A DNA stretch of 63,541 bases, filler included, from Octopus bimaculoides (lineage: Eukaryota), in NCBI RefSeq assembly GCF_001194135.2. It is 6 parts of 6 records of this genome, joined end to end, with 100 filler letters (N's around TTAATTAATTAA, not from the genome) between each part and the next. Parts side by side here need not be neighbours in the genome. Positions count along the whole stretch, not along the records: positions 17,748 to 47,593 come from NC_068987.1; positions 47,694 to 52,187 come from NC_068988.1; 4 more parts are not named here. One strand, written 5' to 3'. A program made the translations under genes and the position numbers. Shown in pieces: positions 38,776 to 50,632 of the stretch (its first letter is position 1; each line of letters starts with the position of its first letter). Below the pieces are notes generated by a model, which had not been told where the DNA came from, did no database searches, and was given only the letters and a program-made list of their open reading frames with translations.

Positions 38776-39605
38776 ATTACATGGAAAAATGCGAGCAAGA
38801 GAAATAATATTCTTAAGATTATAAACCTGGAAAAGTACAGGACAAATTATTCCACTTGAAAAAGTTCAGGACAAGTTATAACAGCTGGTAAAGTACAGAA
38901 TAAGAAAATGTTTACTTAAAATATTGCAGCTAAGGATAAAATTACAAATAAAATATTTAGATTTAGAAAATGTCAGCTATTATTAAAACTAAAAAATATT
39001 AATACAAGTTATTACTTCTATTGCTTATTACTTGTTACTAATATTGAAAGATAACTCAATAAAAATAATTTTTGCACTTTAAAAATATTCATTTTTAAAA
39101 TTATTAATTAATAAATAGAAATTTTTAAATACGTTATAAAAAATAACTGTAGTACATAATTAGTTAGCACAATAAATTGAATAATACAAAAATTAGTTAT
39201 ATATTACAGTAAAATCTACCTATAGCAACAAATTCACAGGAAAATTAGCTTGAGTTATTGCCTAAGTTATTGCCAAGTCTTCACATTTATAGTCTTGAAC
39301 AATGCCTATATTTTTACAATTTGCCTACCATATATACTATTCTATTATGCATAAACTTTAGCTATATTGGTATTTCTGGTTCTCATTTTGTAAGTATTCT
39401 AGTGTGTCAATATTTTAACAAAACGATGTTACTTTGATAATTAGAATCAAATAATTTTAATATTCAAATTATATCCTTAGCTGCAATATTTTAAGTAAAA
39501 ATTTTCTTGTTCAGTACTTTACTAGAAGTAATAACTAGTCCTGTACTTTTCCAGGTTTATAATCTTAGGAATATTATTTCTCTTGTTTGCATATTTCCAT
39601 GTAAT
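38776..39605. mobile_element. AT-rich foldback/MITE-like element with long terminal inverted repeats
   Basis: 38776-38938 pairs with 39472-39605; internal repeats of a ctggaaaagtacaggacaa-like motif. Confidence 0.75.
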
Positions 39606-39739
39606 CCATGTTTTTTCCAGGCTATACAATTTTGCTAATTAATAATGTGTCAAATATGTCAATTAGCAGTGTTGTTCATAATTCTTTCTTTACCTCAATG
39701 ATGCCGGTGACATATATTAAAAGTCCCCTAGAACTATAT

Positions 39740-40298
39740 TCATAAAAATGTATAGAACTATTTTTATCACCCTCAAATTTGAGAAACAGTCATAACTTTT
39801 TTCTTTTAAAACTTCATTGCATGAGATTGATACCATGAAATTCCTCGAATTGAGATCTACCATTTAAGCTTAATTGAAATACAGTTTGTTTTTAAAACAA
39901 AAAAGTTAATTATACTTCAATTCAATTTTTTGCCTTATGTTTTTTCGTGATATTTTACCTCTCAACTTTTTTGATACAAATTTTTGTTGCATAGGAACAA
40001 AACTATAAAATTCTTCATGCTTTCTTTTATCATTGAAGCTAAGAAAAATATATTTTGCTTTTAAAATAAAGTTATTTAGATCTAAACTTGATTGGAAGCG
40101 TTACTTACTCTCCTATAACGTTGATACAAATTTTGATGTATACTTTTTTCTACTGGACCAAATCTCAAATTTATATGCCAAAATGTAGAGCTATGGACCA
40201 GTTCCCTTCAAAAATGTTAACAGTTTTCAATTTGATTAAGAACTGAATTAGCGACGAGCTCTGAAAGATGCTGCGTGTGTGTAAATTGCGGCCTTAAG
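39740..40298. mobile_element. Possible non-autonomous DNA transposon remnant
   Basis: Motifs common in invertebrate MITE interiors (gtcataactttttt, gataccatgaaattcctcg); ends in ggcc|ttaa; no matching left end found. Confidence 0.3.
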
Positions 40299-40879
40299 AA
40301 TATTATTCAATTACTACTGTAGTTGAATGATATTTTAAAAATCATTATTTACTGTTTTGTGACCTGTGGTTATGGTATATATTTAATGCTATGGGGTTAC
40401 TTGGTATTATTTGCAAATTAGTTTTAATAAGGTTTTCTGTCACAGATGAACTAAAGCACCAACTTTGGCAAGAGGAAATATTTGTCGATGTTTATTTTAG
40501 CACTGAGAAGGTAAAACCTATATTCTCAGTGTTACACAAGCATTTAAAACATTTCCCATTTCCGAAGATGGAGTTTGCCTGAAACGTCTGTGCTCTTGTT
40601 TCCTTTCAACATACAAATTTAGATAAATTTGTAAACTTCACTGAATTACTTTTTCTCTGTTTTTATCGGACTATTCATTTGATATGTTATATAGCTATAA
40701 ATAACGAAGTAGGTATGGTTGCAAAAATTTTAATCAATGCTAGTTACATGCATTACTATTCTGCTTTGGAAGTTCAAATACCTATATAAGAACTTGACGC
40801 GATAGAATTGTACGCATTATATCGGTCCTTCAGATTATTACAGCACATTTGATTATTAGATAGTGAGGTGGGGCTCGGA

Positions 40880-41172
40880 AAGGGGTCTCAGAGAGTAGCG
40901 TTCCGGCCTTCCTGAGCTAGTTTTCTACCATATTTCTTTAAAATCGTGGTAAAGTCTAGAAACTGAGTTTGGGGGTAAGCAAGGGTATGCTCCCCGTAGT
41001 AAGTCCAGCTCCAAAAAAGCCTCATGATAGCTAAGGAGAATGGGCACCAGCCAGCCCAAAGGTTGAAGTGGGCTGCACCTGCCTACCTCGGTTGCTTTGG
41101 CTTTGAGGTAAATCTGGCCACCCCTGTTAACGGAGACAAAACCCGGATTTAAAACAATGGATGATGATGATT
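40880..41172 (+). repeat. GC-richer interspersed element ending in a (GAT)n tail; SINE- or RTE-related
   Basis: Composition shift from the AT-rich flanks; ends aacaatggatgatgatgat. Confidence 0.4.
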
Positions 41173-41965
41173 TCATTAAGTTATAACAATTGCTATCATC
41201 TGAGCAGCACTAAAGACAACTGAGATTATGAGAATTATCAATTAAGTTGCGAAACAAAAACTAAACACTAGTTGTTTAAATTTATATTTGTCGCATTCCT
41301 GGTGCTAATATATTTAATTTTTCTTCTAGCCTTCACTTGTTAGTTTTCATATGAGTACAACATATTCCTTTCGCTTCCCACTGAATAGGAAGAATAATCC
41401 GAAAGTTCGTATTTTCGCAAACGGCGTCTTCGAATAAAATGTTCAGCGTGTTATTTGATACCTGGTGGGGGTATCTTCTGACGGTCAGAGATGCGGAGAA
41501 CCAGTGTTCGGCTATTGAAAGCCTATAACCAACGACGCAATTGTTCATCAAATAAAGTATAATATCGTGTCGTTTAATGTAGAATCTAGGATAGCCGAGT
41601 GTATAGCGTGTCGGCCACCTTCTCCATAGGTTGTAAGTTCATATCGTCATGTTTGTGGACAGAGAAACTTAATTTGTATTATTTAAACTCACTATATATA
41701 TATAGTCAGAATATTTACCAGATTTCTATGTGAATTTTATTTGCAATAACCCAGTATTATTTCCAGGTGGAAATTTATCTTTCATGTTCTTGAAGTATGG
41801 TTGCTCTATAAGAATTGACACAGATGGACTGAATTCAATAGTAGGGAAGTGTTACTATTATATTTTCTATGTGTTTTCAAAACATTTCATTATTCTTCTG
41901 CAGAACTTTCGTTTAACTATTTATTTCTAAAGAAGGTCATACGCACACACATACATATATACATA

Positions 41966-42176
41966 TTAGCACGCCGGGCGAAATGCATGGCGGTATTTCG
42001 TCTGCCGCTACGTTCTGAGTTCAAATTCCGCCGAGGTCGACTTTGCCTTTCATCCTTTCGGGGTCGATTAAATAAGTACCAGTTACGCACTGGAGTCGAT
42101 ATAATCGACTTAATCCGTTTGTCTGTCTTTGTTTGTCAACTATGTGTGTAGCCCCTTGTGGGTAGTAAAGAAATAA
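41966..42176 (+). mobile_element. Well-preserved family-B SINE
   Basis: ttagcacgccgggcgaaatg...ttctgagttcaaattccgccgaggtcgactttgcctttcatcc...gtagtaaagaaataa. Confidence 0.9.
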
Positions 42177-42212
42177 CACACACACATACATATAGAAGGT
42201 TGTTTATTACAG

Positions 42213-42324
42213 CCGGCCAGAGAGTGGCCATTGGTGTCGCACCTATGAAGCGCTTACATGTATGAGCGACTCAACAGACACAAATGGCTTATAGGTGCAA
42301 AACCAATAGTCATTCTCTAACCGG
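42213..42324. other. ~112-bp imperfect hairpin (mini-MITE or structured RNA)
   Basis: ccggccagagagtggccattggtgtcgcacctatgaagc pairs with gcttataggtgcaaaaccaatagtcattctctaaccgg. Confidence 0.75.
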
Positions 42325-42501
42325 TCATAAGAAACAGCTTTCTAAATATTACAACTCTAACATTTTAGAGTGTAATTCTTTTTCGGATATATGACCAACA
42401 TATGTGCTTGTGTGTTGTGTGTGAGTGAGTGTGTTAAATAAAATGAGGCAACATAGCCAAGTCTGTGTGGAGTTTTCAGGACATTTATAAAGAGAAAGTT
42501 A

Positions 42502-42549
42502 GTCTTACAGCTGTTTCTGGGGTATTAGGGACATCCCTTCATCAGAGAC
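42502..42549 (-). ncRNA. Minimal type-I hammerhead-like motif, GUA triplet
   Basis: Minus strand gtct-CTGATGA-a-ggg[atgtccctaatac]ccc-a-GAAA-cagctg-TA-agac. Helix III is palindromic ACAGCUGU; helix II register is imperfect. Confidence 0.65.
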
Positions 42550-44262
42550 AATGTGAGATGGTTAAATAGAGGGAAATAGTAGAGTTCAATATAAGGAGCT
42601 CTTTTGGAAGAGGAAGAAGANNNNNNNNNNNNNNNNNNNNNNNNNNNNNNNNNNNNNNNNNNNNNNNNNNNNNNNNNNNNNNNNNNNNNNNNNNNNNNNN
42701 NNNNNNNNNNNNNNNNNNNNNNNNNNNNNNNNNNNNNNNNNNNNNNNNNNNNNNNNNNNNNNNNNNNNNNNNNNNNNNNNNNNNNNNNNNNNNNNNNNNN
42801 NNNNNNNNNNNNNNNNNNNNNNNNNNNNNNNNNNNNNNNNNNNNNNNNNNNNNNNNNNNNNNNNNNNNNNNNNNNNNNNNNNNNNNNNNNNNNNNNNNNN
42901 NNNNNNNNNNNNNNNNNNNNNNNNNNNNNNNNNNNNNNNNNNNNNNNNNNNNNNNNNNNNNNNNATATATATATATATATATACATATGTGTCATATCAT
43001 ATATATAAGAAATACATATAATATATATATGAGAGAGAGAGAGAGAGAGTGAGAGAGAGAATGAGTGAGTGAGTGAGTGAGTGAGTGAGTGAGAAGAAGG
43101 GAAATGAGAGTGACAGAGACAGACAGGCAAACAGACAGACAGATAGACGAAGATTTTAAGAGAGAGAGAGAGAGAGGGAGAAAGAGAGAGAGAAAGAGAG
43201 AAAGAGAGAAAGAGAGAAAGAGAGTGAATAGTGACCGAAGAAATAAGGGGAGGAGAAAAGACTGGAAAGGAAAGAGTGCAAGAAAAGGAAGGAAAGAAGG
43301 TAGGTAACGATATTGTGATTCCAGATGTGCAGACTACATCGCAATTAACCTTCGCCATTCACCCGATTGTTAATAAGATGATGATGCCACATTCATATTG
43401 TTAGCACTGTTGTTCAAAACCACCTCATATGCTCTAACACACCATTTTGTTTTTATTTTTGCTTTCTTCTTCTTCTTCTTCTTCTTCTTCTTCTTCTTCT
43501 TCTTCTCCTCCTTCTTTTTCTTCTTCTTCTTCTTCTTCTTCTTCTTCTTCTTCTTCTCCTCCTTCTTTTTCTTCTTCTTCTTCTTCTTCTNNNNNNNNNN
43601 NNNNNNNNNNNNNNNNNNNNNNNNNNNNNNNNNNNNNNNNNNNNNNNNNNNNNNNNNNNNNNNNNNNNNNNNNNNNNNNNNNNNNNNNNNNNNNNNNNNN
43701 NNNNNNNNNNNNNNNNNNNNNNNNNNNNNNNNNNNNNNNNNNNNNNNNNNNNNNNNNNNNNNNNNNNNNNNNNNNNNNNNNNNNNNNNNNNNNNNNNNNN
43801 NNNNNNNNNNNNNNNNNNNNNNNNNNNNNNNNNNNNNNNNNNNNNNNNNNNNNNNNNNNNNNNNNNNNNNNNNNNNNNNNNNNNNNNNNNNNNNNNNNNN
43901 NNNNNNNNNNNNNNNNNNNNNNNNNNNNNNNNNNNNNNNNNNNNNNNNNNNNNNNNNNNNNNNNNNNNNNNNNNNNNNNNNNNNNNNNNNNNNNNNNNNN
44001 NNNNNNNNNNNNNNNNNNNNNNNNNNNNNNNNNNNNNNNNNNNNNNNNNNNNNNNNNNNNNNNNNNNNNNNNNNNNNNNNNNNNNNNNNNNNNNNNNNNN
44101 NNNNNNNNNNNNNNNNNNNNNNNNNNNNNNNNNNNNNNNNNNNNNNNNNNNNNNNNNNNNNNNNNNNNNNNNNNNNNNNNNNNNNNNNNNNNNNNNNNNN
44201 NNNNNNNNNNTCTTCTCCTCTTCCTCCTCCTCCTCCTCCTCCTCCTCCTTCTTCTTCTTCTT

Positions 44263-44293
<31 letters not shown>

Positions 44294-45815
44294 TTATTAT
44301 TATTATTATTATCATTATTATTATCATTTTTTGTGGGTAGATAAGGAGGAACTGTGTTTGTTGCGCTGTTAATGTTCTGTTTTGCATTTGTTACCCTTGT
44401 TGCTTCAGATGTTGTAGTTGCTGTTGTTGTTGTTGTTGTAGTAGTTGTTGTTGTTGTTGCTTCTGTTGGTAGTAGTGGTAGTGGAAGTGGGGGGAAAGGG
44501 GTTGGCAATGATAGCTGCAGTGATGGTGTTGTCGTTGTTCGTGTTGTTGACGATATTACAGTTGCTTTTGATGTTGTTATTATATTTGTCTTTCGCAAAC
44601 AGTCGTGTGTTCCACTTAATTTAGCCTTTCGTTAGAACTAGTGTTGCTCTCTCCCTCACTTATGTATAATAACTGTCTTACCCTCACCTCTACCCGTCTC
44701 GCTCATCTGCCATCCTTCACTCTTTACATGCACACATACGCATACGTACTTATCCACATGAATGTGTATGTAAGTATAATGTCTATATGTACATAGAAAC
44801 AATATGAAATATATGTTGACATGTATATATGAGAGCATGCATGTATTTACAAACATTTCAACTTTGTTTTTGTTGACAATATTACCGTAAGCAGACCTTG
44901 TTGCAACTTTTGCTGGAAATGGCAACATTTGTTTTGATAATTACCAAACGCTTAACACTAAAAGAATCCTTATCTAAAGACTAATTTCAACTACACTCCA
45001 AAGATCTCACGCATTCAAAATGTAGAGTAGCATGTGGCAAGTGCCCGAGTGAGTCAATCTTCTGTAGAGCTAGAATCATATCTGAAGTAACTTGTGTGAG
45101 GGTTGGGAATAAGAAGAAAAATTTGAATAAATTACAGGCTGAAAGAATCTTGCCCTACCCCACTCACTTTTGATCCAGCGGAACATCTAGGATATGACAT
45201 CTGGAAAGAGAGAAAGTGAGAGAGAGGAGGGAGGAAGGAAGGAGAGAGACGGGAGAGAGGAGAGAGAGGAGGGAAGGAGAGAAAGGGGAGGGAGGAAGGA
45301 AGGAAGGAAAGAGAGAGAGAGAGAGGAGGGAAGGAGAGAGAGACCATGGAGAGAGAGACCACCAGCAGCGACTGTTAATTATTGCGGCTGAATAGACTGG
45401 GGCAACGTAAAATGAAGTGCGTAAGTCAAGANNNNNNNNNNACCACCAGCAGCGACTGTTAATTATTGCGGCTGAATAGACTGGGGCAACGTAAAATGAA
45501 GTGCGTAAGTCAAGAACATAGTACGCCGATTGCTTGCGAAAAAAAAAAAAATTATATATCGTCAATGTATCATAAAACGGGAAAAGAAGCACACTCTAAA
45601 GCATCGGGTAATAATGTATTAAAAGTTATTAAGTCTTCCTACCTTCCGTCCTCGACCTTTATGTCTGGTCATAGAGTGACCAATGGTTTCGTATCCACAA
45701 GGGACTTAGTCTCGCGAACGTCTCTGTTGGTACAGAAACAACTGTAATGACAGACGAACTAGGTTTCTGTAAGAAGCATACGAAACTTGAAGTTGCATGG
45801 GACCGATTCAATATA

Positions 45816-46766
45816 CGTGGTCTGATTAATAAGTACCCGGACTGCTGCCACAATAACGAAGCTAATGCATGCAAAGTAAAGCCGCTTCGCACAGATTGAC
45901 CTTGATCTCTGCTATGCGTGCGCACTACGTTTTAACGTTCTAGCTCATCCCGCTGTTTACAGCAGTGCTTTGAAGGAAGGTGTGTAGAGTGTTATCGTCG
46001 CATTGACAGAGAAAGTTGAGCAGAGTTGTCAAAAATTTGGCGCAAAGCTTTTAAATAGTTTTCATCGCTCTTGACACAATTGAGGATATCCTGTGTCTTT
46101 TAGGTTAGCTGAGAGCAGTTTTGACACAAATTTGGCAGACACGCATCATACCCAAATTTTCAGTGAGAATGGACTGAACTGAACCGTAACTAATCTGCAC
46201 ATCCTCTGATAACTCACGGATGGTAATTCGACGATTTCCTCTAACAGCTGCACGCATATCTGCGATGTCTTTCTCAGTTCTGCTGGCTGCGGGTCTCCCA
46301 GAAGGCTCGTTAATATCGACATATTTTCGGCCATCTTACAAACGTCTGAACCACTCGTATATTTGTGTGCGGATCATACACGTGCCTCTCCATACACTTT
46401 CTGCAACTTTGCATGAGTCTCTGAGCAGATATCGCCATNNNNNNNNNNNNNNNNNNNNNNNNNNNNNNNNNNTATATTTGTGTGCGGATCATACACGTGC
46501 CTCTCCGTACACTTTCTGCAACTTTGCATGAGTCTCTGAGCAGATATCGCCATGACAACTTTCTCTGTCATGGTCAATGCGACGATCACAAGCTTACACA
46601 CCTTCTTTCCAAGCACTGCTTCAAACAGCGGATGAGTGCTAGAACGTTAAAACTTAGTGCAACTGTACAGCAGAGTTCAGGGTCAATCTTTGTCAAGCGG
46701 CATTACTCTGCACGTTTTAGCTTCGTTACTATGGCGACAGCCCGGATACTTATTGATCAGACCTCG
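45816..46766 (-). mobile_element. Non-autonomous mariner with two 5' ends (~205-bp inverted repeats) and TA target duplication
   Basis: ta|cgtggtctgattaataagtacccgg ... ccggatacttattgatcagacctcg|ta. Minus strand encodes ETHAKLQKVYGE...SGRPAASRTEKDIADMRAAVRGNRRITIRELSEDVQISYGSVQSILTENLGM, the mariner HTH region. Confidence 0.9.
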
Positions 46767-47098
46767 TATGCTGCTACTGCCACTACCACTACTACTTCTG
46801 TTACAGTTGTTTCCACTGTTGCTGCTACTATCGACACTACAACTACAACTACTACGAGTAGTACTATACGCTCCTGAGGGAGAATCTGTGTGTCACTGAA
46901 AACAGCACCATCTCTNNNNNNNNNNNNNNNNNNNNNNNNNNNNNNNNNNNNNNNNNNNNNNNNNNNNNNNNNNNNNNNNNNNNNNNNNNNNNNNNNNNNN
47001 NNNNNNNNNNNNNNNNNNNNNNNNNNNNNNCGCCACCACCACCACTACTACTACTACAACCACCATTATCATCACCACCACCACCACCCCACCACCAT

Positions 47099-47165
<67 letters not shown>

Positions 47166-47538
47166 GTTACTGTCATTTTCATTGTTCTAGCAGATATTCC
47201 TTGCTAGTGATTTCCTTCGCGAAGCAGCCATGTTGCGAATTTTGTTATCATTCGTTGATATTGTTTTTTGTAGTTGTTTTGCCTCTAGTGAAGACTTGAC
47301 TAATCGGAGGCACTCAGACCATGACCATCTCAATGTACAGTTACATTGTCTAGTGTGTCCCTCTTTTTTTCCCCAAGACGTCCAGGAGTGGTTTAAAGAA
47401 TATTTGGCTGCTATTTCTGCAAGGTTCAGTGACCAACGCAGAAGCTCACTCGTTGTTACCGTTGATGTTGTGGCAGCAGCAGCGGCAGTGGCGGCGGCGG
47501 CGGTAGTATTTGACATCGTCGTCGTCGTCGTCGTCGTT

Positions 47539-47591
<53 letters not shown>

Positions 47592-47693
47592 GGNNNNNNN
47601 NNNNNNNNNNNNNNNNNNNNNNNNNNNNNNNNNNNNNTTAATTAATTAANNNNNNNNNNNNNNNNNNNNNNNNNNNNNNNNNNNNNNNNNNNN

Positions 47694-48023
47694 GGAACAG
47701 CCTGCTCGTGAAATTAACGTGCAAGTGGCTGAGCACTCCACAGACACGTGTACCCTTAACGTAGTTCTCGGGGATATTCAGCGTGACACAGTGTGACAAG
47801 GCTGACCCTTTGAAGTACAGGCACAACAGAAACAGGAAGAAAGAGTGAGAGAAAGTTGTGGTGGAAGAGTACAGTAGGGTTCGCCACCATCCCCTGCCGG
47901 AGCCTCGTGGAGCTTTAGGTGTTTTCGCTCAATAAACACTCACAACGCCCGGTCTGGGAATCGAAACCGCGATCCTATGACCGCGAGTCCGCTGCCATAA
48001 CCACTGGGCCATTGCGCCTCCAC
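47694..48023 (-). mobile_element. Young tRNA-derived SINE, family E (tRNA-Arg-like head), tail lost in gap
   Basis: Reverse complement head gtggaggcgcaatggcccagtgg...ggtttcgattccc; near-identical copies at 48623 and 51890. Confidence 0.9.
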
Positions 48024-48177
48024 ACCACCACCACCACCACCAATATAAGTGATATAAATCATAATATTAGGATCGATAACATGTAATTATTGTGGGGTAT
48101 CATATAGCACGATTCAACACAATGACAGGAATTATTCCATTTGTACCCAGCAGACGACAGTAAAAAAAAATGCTATA

Positions 48178-48405
48178 TAATGGTGGTAAAAACGTTTGTT
48201 CGCAAACAACATGATTCCGGGTTCAGTCCCATTACGTCACACCTTGGACAAATGTCTTCTACTATAGTCTCTCGGGCTGACCAAAGCCTTGTGAAGGGAT
48301 TTGGTAGACTCAAACTGAAAGAAGCCCGTTGTATGTATGTATGCATGCATGCCTGTATGTATGTGTGTATGTATGTATGTATGCTTGTATTATATATATA
48401 TTATA

Positions 48406-48441
<36 letters not shown>

Positions 48442-49016
48442 TGTGTTTGTCACCCCGACCCACCCAAAACCGTTTGACAACTAATGTTGGTGTGTTTAGG
48501 TCCCCGTAACTTAACGGTTCGGCAATCACGCTTTGCAAAAAAAAGAAAGTACTGGGGCGATTCATTTGACTAAAATTCTTCAAGACTATGCCCCAGCATG
48601 GTCGCAGTCTAATGACTGAAATTGTTGCTGGCATTCCGTCGCTTACGACGTCGAGGGTTCCAGTTGACCCGATCAACGGAACAGCCTGCTCGTGAAATTA
48701 ACGTGCAAGTGGCTGAGCACTCCACAGACACGTGTACCCTTAACGTAGTTCTCGGGGATATTCAGCGTGACACAGTGTGACAAGGCTGACCCTTTGAATT
48801 ACAGGCAGAGTGAGAGAATGTTGTGGTGAAAGAGTACAGCAGGGTTCGCCACCATCCCCTGCCGGAGCCTCGTGGAGCTTTAGGTGTTTTCGCTCAATAA
48901 ACACTCACAACGCTCGGTCTGCGAATCGAAACCGCGATCCTATGACCACGAGTCCACTGCCCTAGCAACTGGGCCATTTCGCCTCCACTAATGACTGAAA
49001 TAAGTAAAAGATAAAA
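48178..49016 (+). mobile_element. Family-A SINE interrupted by a nested family-E SINE
   Basis: Tail is split at taatgactgaaat, duplicated at 48610-48622 and 48989-49001. Confidence 0.85.
48623..48988 (-). mobile_element. Family-E SINE with 13-bp target-site duplication
   Basis: TSD taatgactgaaat on both sides; small internal deletion relative to the other two copies. Confidence 0.9.
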
Positions 49017-49377
49017 GATTTTTTTAAAAAGGCGTGGTCCAGAAAACGAGGTCAGAGTGAACGAGTAACACCAGGATATAGATTATGAGGTTGTTTACTT
49101 CTCAAGCAAAATGTCATAATAACATTGAAGGCAGATTTCTCAGAAATGGGTGCAAACGATATTGTTCTTTCTCCTATTTTGCAAACAATTTGCAGATGCA
49201 AGAGCTACCAGTTCAAAGCGCTAGATACCGTACACTAGCAGGCTTATGGGGGCCATCAGGAGTAAGTGCGCGCCGTTTCGCGGCCTTCCTCTCGACGGTA
49301 TAATTGCGCGCCCCTCCCTCTCTCTGAGAGGGGCCCCTCCCCCGCTTGCTAGAGCTTTTATTCTTGCTATTCTTTTA

Positions 49378-49730
49378 TTCCTTTACTTGTTTCAGTCGCT
49401 TGACTGCGACCATACTGGAGTACACCCTTAAAGTGTTTTAGTCTTAGTCAAAGAAATCGACCCCAGGACTTATTCCTTGCAAGCCCAGTACTTATTCTAT
49501 CGGGTTCTTTTGTTGAACCGCTAAGTTACAGGAACATAAACACACCAGCATCAGTTGTCAAGCGNNNNNNNNNNNNNNNNNNNNNNNNNNNNNNNNNNNN
49601 NNNNNNNNNNNNNNNNNNNNNNNNNNNNNNNNNNNNNNNNNNNNNNNNNNNNNNNNNNNNNNNNGACTAAAAGCGGTGCTCCAGCATGGCCGCAGTCAAA
49701 TGACTGAAACAAAGTAAAAGAGTAAAAAGA
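49378..49730. mobile_element. Two family-A SINE tails in opposite orientation on either side of a gap
   Basis: 49378-49564 minus, 49665-49730 plus. Confidence 0.75.
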
Positions 49731-49789
49731 GTATACCTACATATATAAGTATATATACAAATATACACGTACATATACACATACACATA

Positions 49790-49985
49790 CGAGGTAGTAT
49801 CAAAAAGTTCTTGGACTATATTAAACATAACTTATTTACCCAAATTTTAACATCATCTCCTTTGAAATAGTCACCTTTCTCAGCAATACACCGGTCCCAG
49901 CGTTCCTGTCACCTTTGGAATCCCCAGCCTGCAAGTCGTTTTCTGTAAGCGAGTCGAAGACCTACGAATCGCTCTGGATCTCGAC
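49790..49985 (-). mobile_element. Mariner 3' end fragment with terminal inverted repeat
   Basis: ta|cgaggtagtatcaaaaagttcttgga terminus; minus strand QERWDRCIAEKGDYFKGD matches the mariner C-terminal W-x-x-RW-x-KC...GDYFE motif. Confidence 0.85.
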
Positions 49986-50159
49986 AAATTAGCAAGCTTT
50001 GAACACTTGTAACATATTTGCAAAACAGTTTTCTGGAATAAATGAATAAATTCGGATTCAGCGTCAAAAACAACATCTATATGATACAATAAAAGAAAAA
50101 AAAGAATTTTTTTAAAGATAATTGTAAACAGTAACGAAAATCACAAAGATCTTGTTGCT

Positions 50160-50219
50160 GGTGACAACAACGACAGCGACTACGATGACGATGACAATCA
50201 TGATCATAACGTTGAAATA

Positions 50220-50251
<32 letters not shown>

Positions 50252-50594
50252 ATGATGATGATGATGACGATGATGATGACGATGATGGTGGTGGTGATGA
50301 TGATGATGATGATGATGACGATGATGATGATGATGACGATGATGGTGGTGGTGATGATGGTGGTGGTGATGATGATGAGGATGATGATGATGGTGATGGT
50401 GGTGGTGATGATGACGATGATGGTGATGATGGTGATGATGGTGGTGGTGATGATGATGATGATGGTGATGATGGTGATGATGGTGGTGGTGATGATGATG
50501 ATGATGATGATGATGACGATGGTGGTGGTGGTGATGGTGATGATGATGATGGTGATGATGGTGATGGTGATGATGGTGATGATGATGGTGGTGG

Positions 50595-50632
<38 letters not shown>

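Noticed and set aside
46371-46553. Short direct duplications flanking small gaps (also ~11640, ~16830, ~45440, ~63350)
   Set aside because: Same sequence on both sides of a short N run indicates unmerged contig overlaps or haplotypes
47378-47423. Exon-like segment DVQEWFKEYLAAISA with a strong acceptor
   Set aside because: It belongs to a dispersed repeat (similar sequence at ~3885-3915, reverse-complement relatives at ~22400-22590 and ~51720-51860), and the donor is weak
47940-48023. SINE heads (families A-F) as tRNA genes
   Set aside because: They keep A/B boxes but lack a complete acceptor stem and continue into SINE bodies
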